Below are positions 62,866 to 64,000 of a stretch of 64,000 bases of DNA, in pieces. This stretch comes from Malacoraja senta (taxonomy: Eukaryota). Numbering within the stretch: the first letter of the stretch is position 1; every line of letters starts with the position of its first letter. The notes beneath the pieces are model-generated. The model had not been told where the DNA came from and did not search any database. It saw only the letters and a list, made by a program, of their open reading frames with translations. The DNA is taken from assembly GCA_038087875.1 (NCBI GenBank), contig CM075978.1, positions 175,026,001-175,090,000 on the forward strand, given 5' to 3'. A program made the translations under genes and the position numbers.

Positions 62866-64000
62866 GTATGTGTAACAGTAAAAGCAAATGTGCTGCAAGA
62901 TGGAGATGTTATTCTATTACTGTTCAATTCTATACTTCGGGAAAGCAATGTGGCCAGGTTTTCCATTGGAAGTACCCATGTTATATGTAATATTGTGTCT
63001 TAAGATCCCAGGACAACTGTCTAATTGGTTGATTTTCGGTTGTTAGTATGAGGATGTTGCTCCAAATTCACTGAAACATAGATTCCAACACAGTTACTAT
63101 CTTGACTAGTACTTCCCGAGGACGATTAATGCGGTCTAATATCTGCTTGTAATTTATATTGATCTTCTTTAAATCATTCAGAATTACGCGCTGGTGTTAT
63201 TTTAACACAGGTGTATCGTAAACCTTTTTCTTCACCAAATATTCAATGAAATTCCAAATACACAAAGGAAGAAATATTGCTGGAGTAGCTCAGCGGGTGA
63301 AGCCGCAACTCAGCAGACCATGAATAGGCGACGTTTTGGGTTGGGACCCTGCTTCAAATTGAAGCGACGGACGGGGTGGGGGTAGAGAGTTGGAAGAGAG
63401 GAGGGGGGGGGAGCTTTGGGTGTAATAGACCGACACAGTTGGGAAGCATTTCTTTGGACCATTTTATTTACAACTGCCGGTGCGGCATCAACCGTCACCC
63501 TGTTCCGGTCACTTCTCCCGTCTCTAACATTCCCCCTCATCATGGACCCGCCCTGCCGGCCTTCTGCTCTAGCTGGATCTTTTTTTATATCCAACGCGGT
63601 TTCAAATTGCAGGAGCGGTATCAAACGTCTCCTCCTCTCCCGCAGTAAACATAAAAGGCTACACCTGATATTCCTATGTTGTTTTTTTAATTTACCAATT
63701 AATTTAGAGTTCTTACTTTAAGAAAACTAAATAATATAGGGCGCTCATTCTGAGGTTTGAAAACAGAGCACATCTGTAAAAGTTGCGAATTAGTTAAAGA
63801 TAAACTGACCAATTGTTATTAAAAAATTAAACAGAGGTAGCAATTCACACTATTCGAAACAGTGGGCAACGATTGGAAACGCTAAATAAGTTTTCATTCT
63901 CCTCGGATGCTTGCTGTCGTGGATGTGTATAGAATCAGATTGCACGGCTGAGCACGATTTATTTTGTTGATATCCGAAAAACCGGCCGAAGTTGTGCTAA

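Larger units (their letters stand above)
56420..64000 (+). repeat. Segmental duplication copy 2 (gene C), inverted relative to 4410-20370
   Basis: See copy 1; homology continues to the last base of the window. Confidence 0.9.

Overview
Vertebrate genomic DNA, very likely a cartilaginous fish (skate/ray-type repeats: V-SINE/HE1-like SINEs, abundant CR1, Rex1, Penelope). It is densely filled with transposons and has one 200-N scaffold gap at 24870-25069. Between the repeats is a small cluster of multi-exon immunoglobulin-superfamily receptor genes with a leader / V(J-like) / C1 / TM layout resembling SIRP, NKp30 and B7-H6. Gene B (+, ~39.0-47.0 kb) can be spliced by hand into a complete inhibitory receptor: uncharged TM and four cytoplasmic Tyr motifs, two of them canonical ITIMs. 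Most of its exons are missing from the ORF track. Gene A (-, 7.0 to 1.6 kb) has leader-V-C1 plus a candidate Lys-containing, short-tail (activating-type) TM exon interrupted by an in-frame TGA. Gene C (+, from 62.3 kb, running off the window) is an inverted duplicate of gene A. A decayed leader + V pseudogene lies just upstream of gene B. Together these look like a paired activating/inhibitory VJ-C1 receptor family undergoing birth-and-death evolution. Secondary features are nested transposons, minimal hammerhead-like motifs in Penelope-derived repeats, and two Rex1-tailed non-autonomous element families with covarying hairpins. All exon models, counts and alignments were made by eye and need confirmation.
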